Shown piece by piece: positions 20,553-30,338 of a stretch of DNA of 54,805 nt; position 1 is the stretch's first letter; each line of letters begins with the position of its first letter. Source of the stretch: Methanocellales archaeon (GTDB lineage Archaea > Halobacteriota > JAWCLZ01); NCBI GenBank assembly GCA_038850285.1, contig JAWCMA010000005.1, positions 1-54,805 on the forward strand. The letters run 5' to 3'. The position numbers and the translations under genes were made by a program. Under the pieces are notes generated by a model, which saw nothing but the letters and a program-made list of their open reading frames with translations, was not told the origin of the DNA and made no database searches.

Positions 20553-21730
20553 GATTCATCGCGGATAGCGTTAAAATCGTACCCCCCTCTGGAATTAGGA
20601 AGTTCTTCGACATGGTACTTGGAATGAAAGAAGTGGTATCCCTAGGAGTGGGGGAGCCTGATTTTGTAACTCCTTGGAAGGTGAGAGAAGCTTGTATATA
20701 TGCACTTGAAAAAGGCTACACCAGCTATACCTCTAACTTGGGAATGATCGAACTCAGAGAAGCAATAGCTGAGCATATTGAAAAAGAATATGGTATTGAT
20801 TACGATCCCAAAACCGAAGTGCTCATCACCACGGGTGTAAGTGAAGGCTTGGACTTAGCTATAAGGGCAACCACTAATCCGGGGGATGAAGTGCTCGTGG
20901 TTGAGCCTTGCTATGTTTCATATAAACCAAATGTGATATTTGCAGGCGGCATTCCCGTGCCCGTGCCAACGAGTTTGAAGAATGATTTCAAGGTAACGCC
21001 TGAGGCTATAGTGGAGAGAATAACCGAGAAAACCAAGTCATTGTTAATTAGCTATCCCAATAACCCTACAGGGGCTATCATGACCAAAAAGGAATTAGAA
21101 GCCATAGCGGAGATTGCAAATGAATTTGATTTACTTGTAATTTCAGATGAAGTTTATGATAAATTAACCTACGAGGGCAAGCACTGCTGCTTCTCCAGTT
21201 TAAATGGAATGGAGGAGAGAACAATATTGTTGAATGGCTTTTCAAAGGCATATGCAATGACCGGCTGGCGGCTTGGCTATGCCTGTGGAAATGAAGAGAT
21301 AATCTCAGCTATGAATAAAATCCATCAATATACCATGCTCTGCGCTCCAATAACAGCGCAGATGGCTGCTATTGAAGCTCTTAAAAACGCCGAGGAAGAC
21401 ATGCGCGCCATGGTTAAAGAGTATGATAGAAGAAGGCGTTTAATTGTTGATGGCTTGAATAAACTGGGATTAACTTGCTTCGAGCCAAAGGGAGCATTCT
21501 ATGCCTTTCCCTCTATTAAGAGCACTGGTATGAGCAGCGAGGAATTCGCTGAAAAGCTTTTACTGGAGCAAAAAGTGGCAATTGTGCCTGGGAATGTATT
21601 TGGAGAATGCGGTGAGGGACACGTGCGCTGTGCATATGCAGCTTCAAGGGAGAAAATAAAGATAGCGCTGGAGAGAATAGCGGTTTTTCTGGAGGCACAT
21701 GCTAAGATACCCCAGCGGATGGGTAAATAA
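20549..21730 (+). CDS. PLP-dependent aminotransferase class I/II
   Basis: GVGEPDF, YPNNPTG, SDEVY, GFSKAYAMTGWRLG. Confidence 0.92.
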   Translation: MRFIADSVKIVPPSGIRKFFDMVLGMKEVVSLGVGEPDFVTPWKVREACIYALEKGYTSYTSNLGMIELREAIAEHIEKEYGIDYDPKTEVLITTGVSEGLDLAIRATTNPGDEVLVVEPCYVSYKPNVIFAGGIPVPVPTSLKNDFKVTPEAIVERITEKTKSLLISYPNNPTGAIMTKKELEAIAEIANEFDLLVISDEVYDKLTYEGKHCCFSSLNGMEERTILLNGFSKAYAMTGWRLGYACGNEEIISAMNKIHQYTMLCAPITAQMAAIEALKNAEEDMRAMVKEYDRRRRLIVDGLNKLGLTCFEPKGAFYAFPSIKSTGMSSEEFAEKLLLEQKVAIVPGNVFGECGEGHVRCAYAASREKIKIALERIAVFLEAHAKIPQRMGK

Positions 21731-22552
21731 ATGAAGATCGGGGTTAAGGTAGCGCGCAGCGACTATAAACAAATGCTTGAGCTAAATCCAGAGGCACTTG
21801 AGTTCTCCTTGGAGGAGAGAGATTTAAAGGGTGAATGGGTTGAGGATTTAGATTTAAACTTCTTTTTCTTCGATTTAATTGTCCACGCTCCAATATTCTT
21901 TGAAAATGGCATTTTAATCGATATAGTTGGGGAGAATGCCAAGCTAAGGAGGCAAAGTCTATCCTTGGTTTTAAAAACATTTGAACTTGCAAGAGTTCTA
22001 TATGAAACCGGGTACTTCAAAAATATACCCATAATAATACTCCACCCAGGTGGAATAAATAGGCAAGCGATTGAAATTCCAAGGAAGCGCTTATTGGAAT
22101 CAATGGAGGAAATTTTGAATAAAATAGATCCCTCTCTTTTCATCTGCACCTTGGAGAACATGCCTCAATTTTACTGGTATAAGGGTGAGCAGTATAATGC
22201 AAATCTCTTTAAAGAGAAGGAGGAGATAATTGAAGTGCTGAAGCAGCTTCAAATAAAACTCTGCTTAGACCTATGTCACGCGAAGCTCTACTGCAACTAT
22301 ATAAATACTGATTTTTATGAATATATAGCTAGCTTAGCGCCTTATACCAAGCATATTCACGCTTCAGATGCTGCTGGGGTAAGCGGGGAGGGCCTGCAAA
22401 TTGGAGAGGGGGAAATTGATTTTAAAAGAACTCTAGCTATTTTCAAGCAGAGAGAAATAGCCATAGTGCCAGAGATAAAAAACCGCGATAGAAAAATGAG
22501 TTTTAAAATCGCAATTGAAAGACTTAGAGCCTTGCTAGAGCAAGTTACTTAA
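21731..22552 (+). CDS. TIM-barrel protein, xylose isomerase / AP endonuclease 2-like
   Basis: VHAP, ILHPGG, LENMP, CLDLCH, HIHASDA, EGLQIGEG metal-binding pattern. Confidence 0.7.
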   Translation: MKIGVKVARSDYKQMLELNPEALEFSLEERDLKGEWVEDLDLNFFFFDLIVHAPIFFENGILIDIVGENAKLRRQSLSLVLKTFELARVLYETGYFKNIPIIILHPGGINRQAIEIPRKRLLESMEEILNKIDPSLFICTLENMPQFYWYKGEQYNANLFKEKEEIIEVLKQLQIKLCLDLCHAKLYCNYINTDFYEYIASLAPYTKHIHASDAAGVSGEGLQIGEGEIDFKRTLAIFKQREIAIVPEIKNRDRKMSFKIAIERLRALLEQVT

Positions 22553-22760
22553 GCCATACATCGCATCTTCTCTCCAAGCTATCAAAGGAAAAATTAAGTT
22601 TATTCTCACGCGCCAACCACCCAATTGCCATGTAAACAGTGTTCTTCTCAATCTTGGCTTCAAAGGAAACATCTGAAATTAACTTGGTAATTGGAGTTCT
22701 ACCGTGCTTTTGAAGATAGCGCCATACAATGCCTGCGGTCTCTCCAATCTTGTGCTCCAT
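22545..22760 (-). CDS. Small winged-helix protein (DUF2582-like)
   Basis: IGETAGIVWRYL ... AIGWLARENK. Confidence 0.8.
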   Translation of the reverse strand: MEHKIGETAGIVWRYLQKHGRTPITKLISDVSFEAKIEKNTVYMAIGWLARENKLNFSFDSLERRCDVWLK

Positions 22761-22776
22761 AGCTTAATTGCATGCT

Positions 22777-23979
22777 TTAAATCATCATAAATTTTTTCCC
22801 CTCACCCTTCACACCACCCCTCACAAACACTGCAGCTAATAAAGCTAGTATCATACTTCCTAAGCAAAATTTAAACATAGTGGCATAGTCGTGGAATAAA
22901 TAGCCCAATGAGGATTGAAAGCAAGCTGCACCAAGGAAGAAAAAGATATTCAAGCTTCCAAGCGCTGTCCCAGCGATTTGCTTAGGAAACATTTCCTTCG
23001 CTATGGCAAGCATTATGAAGGAAATTCCAAAAGCGAGTCCCAATGTGAAGCATATTAGGGAGAGGGTGGAAAGGCTCAAACTATTTTGAGTAAAGGCAAG
23101 CGGCAGCCAAGCAATGGTATAGAGAAGCACGCCGAATATAAAAATAGGCCTCTTAGCTAAGTAGCGATCGAGTACTCCACCAAGGGGGCAGCCGATTATA
23201 ACTCCGATGGCAGTGAACATCAAAATACCTCCCGCTGTTGCTTTATCAAATTTATAACTCTCAATTAAAAAAGGCCCGCCCCAGAGGCCTTGGAAGCTCA
23301 TTAATGTGCCATAGGATAGAAATGCTACAATTGCAAGCAGCCAGAACTCCCTTTTTTTAAATATAGTTAAAATCGCATGCTTTACCTCAAAACGCTGAGG
23401 AGCAAAAGAATAGTCAAAGGGAGAGTCACGTACCACAAGCCAAGCAATGGATGTTAAAATCAAGGTAATGCTTGCTATCACTGCAAAAGAACTACGCCAG
23501 CCAAATGCTAGAACTAGAATTGCCAGTGGAGCTGAGGCAACTAAACCTCCTAAGTTTCCAACGGCAACTAGCAAGCCATTTAAAGTGGCAAAATCACTAG
23601 GGAGAAACCATTCAGCTATCACTTTCAAGGTAGGAATAAAAACCCCGCCCACTCCGAATCCAATTAATGCTCTACCTAGGGTTAGTATTTGAATATCGCT
23701 TGCAAATGCAAATAAAATCGTGCCAATGAATGCAATTAAGCTGAATAAGGTAACAGTTTTCCTCGTACCTAGAGAATCCGAGAGCACACCAATTGGAATT
23801 TGCACAATGGCATAGGTGTAGAAATAAGCAGCACTCATCAAGCCAAGAATAGCACTGCTCGCTTCAAATTCCTCCATTAAATCCAAAGCAACTACAGCTG
23901 GAGCAACGCGATGGAAGTAAACCCAGAAGTATAAACTCGCTAGCGAGGCAAAGATATACCAGCGGTGCCAGCGGTGCAT
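22777..23979 (-). CDS. MFS transporter
   Basis: About 12 TM helices; motif A-like GVLSDSLGTRK; GRALIGFG. Confidence 0.9.
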   Translation of the reverse strand: MHRWHRWYIFASLASLYFWVYFHRVAPAVVALDLMEEFEASSAILGLMSAAYFYTYAIVQIPIGVLSDSLGTRKTVTLFSLIAFIGTILFAFASDIQILTLGRALIGFGVGGVFIPTLKVIAEWFLPSDFATLNGLLVAVGNLGGLVASAPLAILVLAFGWRSSFAVIASITLILTSIAWLVVRDSPFDYSFAPQRFEVKHAILTIFKKREFWLLAIVAFLSYGTLMSFQGLWGGPFLIESYKFDKATAGGILMFTAIGVIIGCPLGGVLDRYLAKRPIFIFGVLLYTIAWLPLAFTQNSLSLSTLSLICFTLGLAFGISFIMLAIAKEMFPKQIAGTALGSLNIFFFLGAACFQSSLGYLFHDYATMFKFCLGSMILALLAAVFVRGGVKGEGKKFMMI

Positions 23980-24040
23980 ATATTTGCTCTCGTGCTTAAG
24001 TCTTAAATAACTATTTGTATCAGCAGATAACCTATATGCA

Positions 24041-24412
24041 ATGAATATGAAGCTTGGCGTTGAACTTCAGTTTGATGCAGCCCATAGTCTCCCTAGGTAT
24101 GAGGGCAAATGCAAGAACATCCACGGGCATACCTATACAGCTGAGGTTATAGTTAGCGGCAAGGTGGATGGTGAAACGCATTTTATTTTAGATTACTTCA
24201 TTCTTAAAAAACTACTTGGAGAAGTAATTGCAGAGCTTGACCATAGATATCTCAATGAGATCTTGGAGTATCCAACGAGCGAGAGAATTGCTCAATATAT
24301 CTATAGGAAGATGAGGGAAAAACTCAAGGGATACAATGTAGAGTTAATATCCATAAAGCTATGGGAGGGAAAAGATAAGTGGGTTAAAATTGAGAAGGGG
24401 GATGAGGATTAA
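24041..24412 (+). CDS. queD: 6-carboxy-5,6,7,8-tetrahydropterin synthase QueD
   Basis: FDAAH, CKNIHGH, LDHRYLN, PTSERIA, LWE. Confidence 0.93.
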   Translation: MNMKLGVELQFDAAHSLPRYEGKCKNIHGHTYTAEVIVSGKVDGETHFILDYFILKKLLGEVIAELDHRYLNEILEYPTSERIAQYIYRKMREKLKGYNVELISIKLWEGKDKWVKIEKGDED

Positions 24413-24977
24413 ATTGAAGGTGAAAATATTAAACAAGCGATTGAACTACGATGGCTCTCAGCTCCGAGCCCTTTGGGCACTTGAGGAATTGGGATTGCAG
24501 GGCAGCTCAATAGTGGTATTCAGAGGAGGGATGAATGTAGCTAGAGATCAAATGCGGGATTTAAAGGATAAAAGAGAATTGAGGGAGATAAAGGGGGAGA
24601 ATTTGATTCACTTCATAGTGGAAGTCATAGATCCAAGCGCTGATTTAAGACTTGCTTACTATGCTCAAAGATTGCTGCTCTGCATCGCTAAAGACAAACT
24701 AGAGGAATTCGGAGTGAAGGCAGCTAGAGAAGGCGGAGATTTATATTTCAATGGGAGAAAGCTCAGCGTTAGCATTGCAAATTCCAACTTAAATGGCTAT
24801 AAAATCCATTTAGGTATAAATATCACCTCAAAACAAGCCCCAGAAGGAGCAATTGGCTTGAGGGAAATCCATAAGAAAATAAAGGCAATGGAAATTGCTA
24901 GATCGATTGCGAAGCAATTCGCAATAGAATGCGAGGATATAGAGCGAGATATTGCAAAGACAAGGGCATTTGGATGA
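24390..24977 (+). CDS. DUF366-family protein
   Basis: YDGSQL, FRGGMNV, HFIVE, GGDLY..RKLSVSIA, HLGINI; lies between queD and queC. Confidence 0.8.
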   Translation: MRRGMRIKLKVKILNKRLNYDGSQLRALWALEELGLQGSSIVVFRGGMNVARDQMRDLKDKRELREIKGENLIHFIVEVIDPSADLRLAYYAQRLLLCIAKDKLEEFGVKAAREGGDLYFNGRKLSVSIANSNLNGYKIHLGINITSKQAPEGAIGLREIHKKIKAMEIARSIAKQFAIECEDIERDIAKTRAFG

Positions 24978-25039
24978 AAACTTTATGAAAACTTTATGAA
25001 GGCTTTATGAAAACTTTATGAAAACTTTATGAAGGCATT
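24974..25039 (+). repeat. Six tandem 11-bp units (ATGAAAACTTT / ATGAAGGCTTT); the last one is the queC start
   Basis: Units begin at 24974, 24985, 24996, 25007, 25018 and 25029; pattern AAB-AAB'. Confidence 0.95.
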
Positions 25040-25718
25040 TGTATTGCTTTCCTCGGGTCTTGATTCTACAGTTGCATTTAAAAAAGCATTGGATGAATTT
25101 GAGGAAGTGAGATGCCTCACCTTTGACTACGGTCAAAAAGCAAGACTGCGTGAATTGGAATATTCAAAGAAAATTTGCTCGCTATTTAAAGTAAAGCATA
25201 GCATAATAAAGCTGCCTTGGCTAGCTAAATTCAAGGGAAGTTTAACTCAAAGTAATAAACTGCCTGAACTAAAGGAAGAAGACCTTGATATAGAGGCGAA
25301 GATAAAAGAATCCTCAGCTCAAGTCTGGGTACCGGCTAGAAACACTGTTTTCTTGAGCATAGCAGCTAGCTATTGTGAAAATTTTGAATTCAATGCAATT
25401 GTAGCAGGCTTCGACGCAGAGGAAGCTGCGAGTTTTTCAGATAATTCCGCGCAGTTTATATCCAGCTTCAACGCCATGCTTAAATATGGGGTTAGAAGAC
25501 ATATAGAGGTCATTGCACCTTTAATAGAGATGAATAAAGCGGAAATCGCTGCTTTAGGGATAGAAATAAAAGCTCCCCTGGAGTGGTCTTGGTCTTGTTA
25601 TACTTCGAATAAGTTTCCCTGCGGTAAATGTGAATCATGCGCTAGGAGAAAACGAGCTTTTAAAGCCATTGGGAAAAAAGACCCTCTATTAATAAGACTT
25701 GGAGTGGAGAAACCGTGA
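25029..25718 (+). CDS. queC: 7-cyano-7-deazaguanine synthase QueC
   Basis: LSSGLDS PP-loop, FDYGQ, VPARN, SCY..PCGKCESC. Confidence 0.95.
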   Translation: MKAFVLLSSGLDSTVAFKKALDEFEEVRCLTFDYGQKARLRELEYSKKICSLFKVKHSIIKLPWLAKFKGSLTQSNKLPELKEEDLDIEAKIKESSAQVWVPARNTVFLSIAASYCENFEFNAIVAGFDAEEAASFSDNSAQFISSFNAMLKYGVRRHIEVIAPLIEMNKAEIAALGIEIKAPLEWSWSCYTSNKFPCGKCESCARRKRAFKAIGKKDPLLIRLGVEKP

Positions 25719-26470
25719 ACTTGAACTTGAACTTGAAGGTTACATTTCACTCTGAAAATCAAAGGATATATGGAAATCTGCATATACCCGCTGAAAAAGA
25801 AAAACCCCCTGGTGTTCTCCTGCTCCACGGGCTTGAAAGCAGTAAAGATAGCGGTAAATGGCCAAGTATGGCAAGCAGGCTATGCAGCGAAGGCTATGCT
25901 TGCTTGAGATTTAGCTTCAGGGGCTGTGGAGAGGGAATGGAGAAAAGCGAGGGGGAGTTTGAAGAGGTAACCCTCACAGCTAGAATTAATGACTATCTAG
26001 CTGCTTTGCACTTCTTGCAGGCAATAGATAAAGTGGATATAAATAGACTAGGGGTAATTGGCTCGAGTTTTGGTGGAATGACTGCGATTGCTGCTCAAGC
26101 TATGGGAATAAAAGCCTTGGTAACCATGGGCACGCCTTATAAAATACCTCGCTTTGAAGAACCTCGAATTCCAAAGAAGATAGGGGAATACTATGTGCTT
26201 CCCTCGGGGAGGAGGTTTAAAAAGAACTTCTATGAGGATCTTAAAAAATATGACCTTTTACTAGCAATTAAAAGTGCTCCTCCTATTTTAATATTACACG
26301 GCAGCTTGGATGAAGTAGTTCCACTGGAGCACGCTTACAAGCTCTATGAAGCTGCACTTGAGCCTAAGAAACTCGTAATAGTGGAAGGCGCAGACCATGT
26401 TTTCTCAAAGCATTTAAATAGAGCGATTGATTTGAGCTTGGAATGGTTTGAAAAATACCTAATGCAATAA
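25715..26470 (+). CDS. Alpha/beta-fold hydrolase
   Basis: LLHG, GSSFG nucleophile elbow, HGSLD, GADH. Confidence 0.88.
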   Translation: MNLNLNLKVTFHSENQRIYGNLHIPAEKEKPPGVLLLHGLESSKDSGKWPSMASRLCSEGYACLRFSFRGCGEGMEKSEGEFEEVTLTARINDYLAALHFLQAIDKVDINRLGVIGSSFGGMTAIAAQAMGIKALVTMGTPYKIPRFEEPRIPKKIGEYYVLPSGRRFKKNFYEDLKKYDLLLAIKSAPPILILHGSLDEVVPLEHAYKLYEAALEPKKLVIVEGADHVFSKHLNRAIDLSLEWFEKYLMQ

Positions 26471-26501
26471 TTTAATAAAATTATATTTATATAATTTGTG
26501 A

Positions 26502-27026
26502 TTAATATTTCTTGGTAGCTTCAAATAGTGATTCCACTTCTTTATCCATCATCTCAATATCGCTTGTTTCCACTTTAATAGCGCCCCTGCAGATCTTCTC
26601 CCCCACTTGAATACTTGGCTCGCTGGACTTCAAACTACCGCGGAAAATTACATTTTCCAACACACTCAATCTCAAGCAATCCACCGAGATCTTCTTCTTC
26701 ATCAAATCCAGGCAAATGGGGCGGTAGAAGCAGCGATTTATCTCAACTCTTATTAACTCATCATTGCCACTCACTCTATCCTCAGGGTGGTTATATCCAG
26801 CTGCTTTGCAGTCTTCAACGTATTTCTTCACAACTTCAAAGGGCTTGCCAATCTTTATTTCAATATTGGATCGCTTCCGCTGAAAAGTCAGCCAAAAAGA
26901 ACCAGCCCAGGAGAGCAATTGAGTCCTAGCAACTTGGTCTTCTCGAAGCCCATAATATAATCCATAGGCCCAGGCAAGAGCAGCATTTGCCAGCATTTCT
27001 ACGTGATTAGGTTTCTTTTCAGGCAT
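26502..27026 (-). CDS. Hypothetical protein, possibly V4R-like (Cys-containing)
   Basis: Intact 174-aa ORF; RCFYRPIC...CLR...C spacing is reminiscent of V4R/ATC-hydrolase-like folds (weak). Confidence 0.5.
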   Translation of the reverse strand: MPEKKPNHVEMLANAALAWAYGLYYGLREDQVARTQLLSWAGSFWLTFQRKRSNIEIKIGKPFEVVKKYVEDCKAAGYNHPEDRVSGNDELIRVEINRCFYRPICLDLMKKKISVDCLRLSVLENVIFRGSLKSSEPSIQVGEKICRGAIKVETSDIEMMDKEVESLFEATKKY

Positions 27027-27075
27027 AGCATGGCATATAATTCAATTGCTAATAAAACCTTCCTCGCAAACTCTT

Positions 27076-27633
27076 TTAACCCCCCTCCATCCTTCTCATA
27101 TAGCTATCTTTAACTCCTGCCCTCTCAAGTTCTAAGAGAATCTCTCCCTCGTTCCCCCCTCTTTTAATTATATGTTTAATGGTCTCAGAGATTTCCCAGG
27201 GGAAGACAACCCAAGCACTGGTTTCAACGCCATAGAGATCAGGTATAACTTTTGACCTAGGCTTTTTCACAATAGTAACTGTTAAAATCTCTCCAGCTTG
27301 GTTCTCCCTCAAATGACTTTGAGCTAGCTCCAAGCTCTCTCCCGTGTCAGCGATATCATCAACGAGTAAAACTCTCCTGCCCCTTAAATTTAAAGGCAGG
27401 GGATAAACTATCATCGGCTTCTTAGCTCTTTCATCGATAGAGGTATAGAATTTTATTCTCATTGTGAATAGCTCATCTATATCAAGTAAATCTGAGAGAA
27501 TGCGAGCAGGCACCCAGCCCCCTCTAGCTATGCCAACTATAACCTCTGGCTTAAAACCTCTTTGCTTTATCCTTCTATAGAGAACTTCACAATGCCTCTC
27601 AATATCCTCCCAAGTCAGCCTTAAGTATTCCAT
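27076..27633 (-). CDS. Purine-type phosphoribosyltransferase
   Basis: LTWEDI, GIARGG, LLVDDIADTGES, WVVFPWE. Start moved to ATG 27633 to avoid overlap with queE. Confidence 0.88.
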   Translation of the reverse strand: MEYLRLTWEDIERHCEVLYRRIKQRGFKPEVIVGIARGGWVPARILSDLLDIDELFTMRIKFYTSIDERAKKPMIVYPLPLNLRGRRVLLVDDIADTGESLELAQSHLRENQAGEILTVTIVKKPRSKVIPDLYGVETSAWVVFPWEISETIKHIIKRGGNEGEILLELERAGVKDSYMRRMEGG

Positions 27634-27700
27634 TGCGAATTCGAATAAGAGGGCAAAGTACTTTATTTTATCGCTTGTAAATAAAAATCGTGAAGCTAGA

Positions 27701-28462
27701 ATGAAGCAAGAAAAAGCCATTATTCGAGAGATATTTAATAGCATACAGGGAGAAGGCATATATCTTGGGACTAGACAGGTATTCGTGCGCTTCCAAGGCT
27801 GCCCCCTGCGCTGCAGCTACTGCGATTCAATTGAAACTTGGAACTATGAGCTTGAGAGCTGTAGAGTTGAAAAAACACCTGGAGCTAGAGATTTCTATAA
27901 TGTTAGCAATCCTCTAAATGTAAATGAGCTTGAGAGGATAGTTAAAAAACTCTGGCTGCCTAGTACAAAGCACCTCAGTTTAACAGGTGGCGAGCCCCTG
28001 CTCTATGCAAGCTATATAGCAGAACTTAGCTCCAACCTAGATAAAAAACTCTACTTGGAAACAAATTCCGCCCTACCAGCTCAAGCTGAGCAAATTAAGC
28101 ATTGCATAGACATTGCCTCCTGCGATATAAAACTGCTTGAGCACGGCAATTTCGATGATTATGACCAGCTTTTGAAAGATGAACTTGAAACTCTAAGGAT
28201 CTTTTACAAAGCCAAGGTAGATTTATTTGCAAAAATCGTGATTTTAGCGGAAACAACACCAGCGAGTTTATCCCCTGCAATAGAAGGCATAGCTCGAATT
28301 TCAAAGGGAATTCCACTTGTGCTACAGCCTGTAACTCCCACTAGAAAAATAAAAGCCAAGCCCGCGCCTATGAAACTACTTGAACTCATGGAGTATGCAG
28401 GGAGAAAACTTTTAGATGTAAGAGTGATCCCTCAAGCTCATAAAATCACAGGCTTTCTTTAG
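27701..28462 (+). CDS. queE: 7-carboxy-7-deazaguanine synthase QueE (radical SAM)
   Basis: EIFNSIQGEG, FVRFQGCPLRCSYCD, LTGGEPL, LETN, LQP, PQAHK. Confidence 0.93.
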   Translation: MKQEKAIIREIFNSIQGEGIYLGTRQVFVRFQGCPLRCSYCDSIETWNYELESCRVEKTPGARDFYNVSNPLNVNELERIVKKLWLPSTKHLSLTGGEPLLYASYIAELSSNLDKKLYLETNSALPAQAEQIKHCIDIASCDIKLLEHGNFDDYDQLLKDELETLRIFYKAKVDLFAKIVILAETTPASLSPAIEGIARISKGIPLVLQPVTPTRKIKAKPAPMKLLELMEYAGRKLLDVRVIPQAHKITGFL

Positions 28463-28587
28463 CGCGTGAGAATACTTGAATCGACCTAGATGTAATCTCC
28501 AACCTCGAGTAATCTCCAGTTCCCTTGGTCTATTAGGTTTAGGTTTATATAGTGACTATCAAGTTTGTACTTTCTACTTTAGCTTTC

Positions 28588-29121
28588 TTACTTTAGCTTT
28601 CTCCACCAGAATTGCTCGGGCATTGGGAATGGAAGCGCTGCTTCTCCATATTTCTCCAAAACCTCTTTAGCATTTGCCCTCAATATTTGATCAATTGCTT
28701 CCAAGCGCTTTTCTAATTTCAAGCTATCTCTTTTGCCCTTTAACTCCATTAGTTCATATTGAATGCGATCTCTAGTTTCAAGTAATTGTAAATAACTCTC
28801 TGGGTCGTTTTTAAAGAGATATTTAAGGTAGGCTTCATATTTATTCAAAAGTCTTATGAGGTCGTGTTCAATGGCATTTAAATAGCCCTCGCTATTTTCG
28901 CTTACCATTTTAATGAAACGCTGATCTAGTCTTTTAACTCTATCTCTGAGATTTTTAAGTCGTAAATCATGTTGAAAGGGAAATTTATTGAGATAGCTTA
29001 AAATTAGCTTTAATTCATTGAATTTCGAGACCACTATTCCAATTGCCTCGGTATCGAAGTTTTTTGAAATATTATTCAAGTTCTCCTCATAGCTCTTGAG
29101 GTAGTCCTCAACTATCCACAT
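28588..29121 (-). CDS. Hypothetical alpha-helical protein
   Basis: Intact 177-aa ORF at the end of an operon; ends PEQFWWRKLK; no family recognised. Confidence 0.6.
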   Translation of the reverse strand: MWIVEDYLKSYEENLNNISKNFDTEAIGIVVSKFNELKLILSYLNKFPFQHDLRLKNLRDRVKRLDQRFIKMVSENSEGYLNAIEHDLIRLLNKYEAYLKYLFKNDPESYLQLLETRDRIQYELMELKGKRDSLKLEKRLEAIDQILRANAKEVLEKYGEAALPFPMPEQFWWRKLK

Positions 29122-29145
29122 TAATTCTTCATAGGTAGCTGCTAT

Positions 29146-30321
29146 CTACGACCCTCCTATTGAACTGCTATATTTAAAATTGAATACATTTCTCTTAACA
29201 ATTGCTTTTGGTTTAATTTCCACTTCTGGCCAGATTAATACATTTGAATGCACTGTGGCACCGCTTTTAATAATAACTCTAGGTCCAATTACAGCCCCAT
29301 TTTCAATTATTGTGTTATTCTCAATAATAGTATTGTTATCTATGATCGATCCCGATATCGCTATATTACTTCCAATTTTCACTCCTTCATAGATATAGGA
29401 GGAGAAAATTTGAGAATTGGCTCCAATTTCACAGTTAGAGCCAATTGAGGTATAGGGACCTATTAATACATTGTTGCCTATGGTTGTGTTATTGCCTATT
29501 ACCACAGGACCCACGACTTCAGATTCCTTTCCAATTGAAACATTATGGCCGAGTACGAGCGGTCCTTTAATTCTAGCATTTTTAATATCCACCCTTCCTC
29601 TAATCTCAGTGCCTAGAAGCTGTTCCAGCATCCATCTGCATGCTTCACGATAAGAAGCAGGATTGCCTATATCTGTCCAGTGCCCGCGGGCTAGCCAGCC
29701 TGTGATCTTCACCCCTTTTTTAAGCAGCTTGGGAAATAGATCGCGAGCGAAGTCAAATCTGCCTTTAGGAATGTAATCAAGCACCTCTGGATTGCAAGCA
29801 TAGATACCTGTGCTAGCTAGGTTGCTAAATATCTCCCCAGCACTTGGTTTTTCAGCAAATCTTTTAATTTCATATTTAACATTCAAATCCACTATGCCAA
29901 ATGCTCTTGGATCATCGATGCAAATCAATGCAATGGAGATCATATTTCCCTTCTCTTTATGGAAATCCATGAATTCTCTTAAATTTAAATCTAAAACGTG
30001 ATCCCCTCCCACCACTAGAAATGGTTCGTCATTTAAATAACCCTCAGCGTTTTTAATACTTCCAGCAGTACCCAGTTTCTCTTTTTCATAAGAATATTTC
30101 ATGCTAACTCCAAAGAGCGATCCATCGCCTAGATATGCTTCAATTTGCTCCCCTTGATACCCAAGAGTAGCTACCACTTCATCGAAGCCTTTAGCTGATA
30201 AATGCTCCACTAAGTGTCCAATTGAGGGTTTATTTAAAATAGGTATAGCTGGCTTGGGTCTCTCGAAAGTAAGAGGTCTTAAACGCGTGCCTACACCTCC
30301 ACACATTATGCAAGCCTTCAT
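29146..30321 (-). CDS. NDP-sugar pyrophosphorylase with hexapeptide-repeat domain
   Basis: GGVGTRLRPLT..PKP, LGTAG, EKP, WTDIG, left-handed beta-helix repeats. Confidence 0.9.
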   Translation of the reverse strand: MKACIMCGGVGTRLRPLTFERPKPAIPILNKPSIGHLVEHLSAKGFDEVVATLGYQGEQIEAYLGDGSLFGVSMKYSYEKEKLGTAGSIKNAEGYLNDEPFLVVGGDHVLDLNLREFMDFHKEKGNMISIALICIDDPRAFGIVDLNVKYEIKRFAEKPSAGEIFSNLASTGIYACNPEVLDYIPKGRFDFARDLFPKLLKKGVKITGWLARGHWTDIGNPASYREACRWMLEQLLGTEIRGRVDIKNARIKGPLVLGHNVSIGKESEVVGPVVIGNNTTIGNNVLIGPYTSIGSNCEIGANSQIFSSYIYEGVKIGSNIAISGSIIDNNTIIENNTIIENGAVIGPRVIIKSGATVHSNVLIWPEVEIKPKAIVKRNVFNFKYSSSIGGS

Positions 30322-30338
30322 CTCTAGCTAGCACCCCT

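Noticed and set aside
24974-25039. 11-bp array as a CRISPR array or iteron set
   Set aside because: There are no spacers, and the unit derives from the queC start sequence.
27634-27759. 42-aa N-terminal extension of the PRTase in the ORF track
   Set aside because: It overlaps the divergent queE start; family similarity begins at MEYLRLTWEDI.
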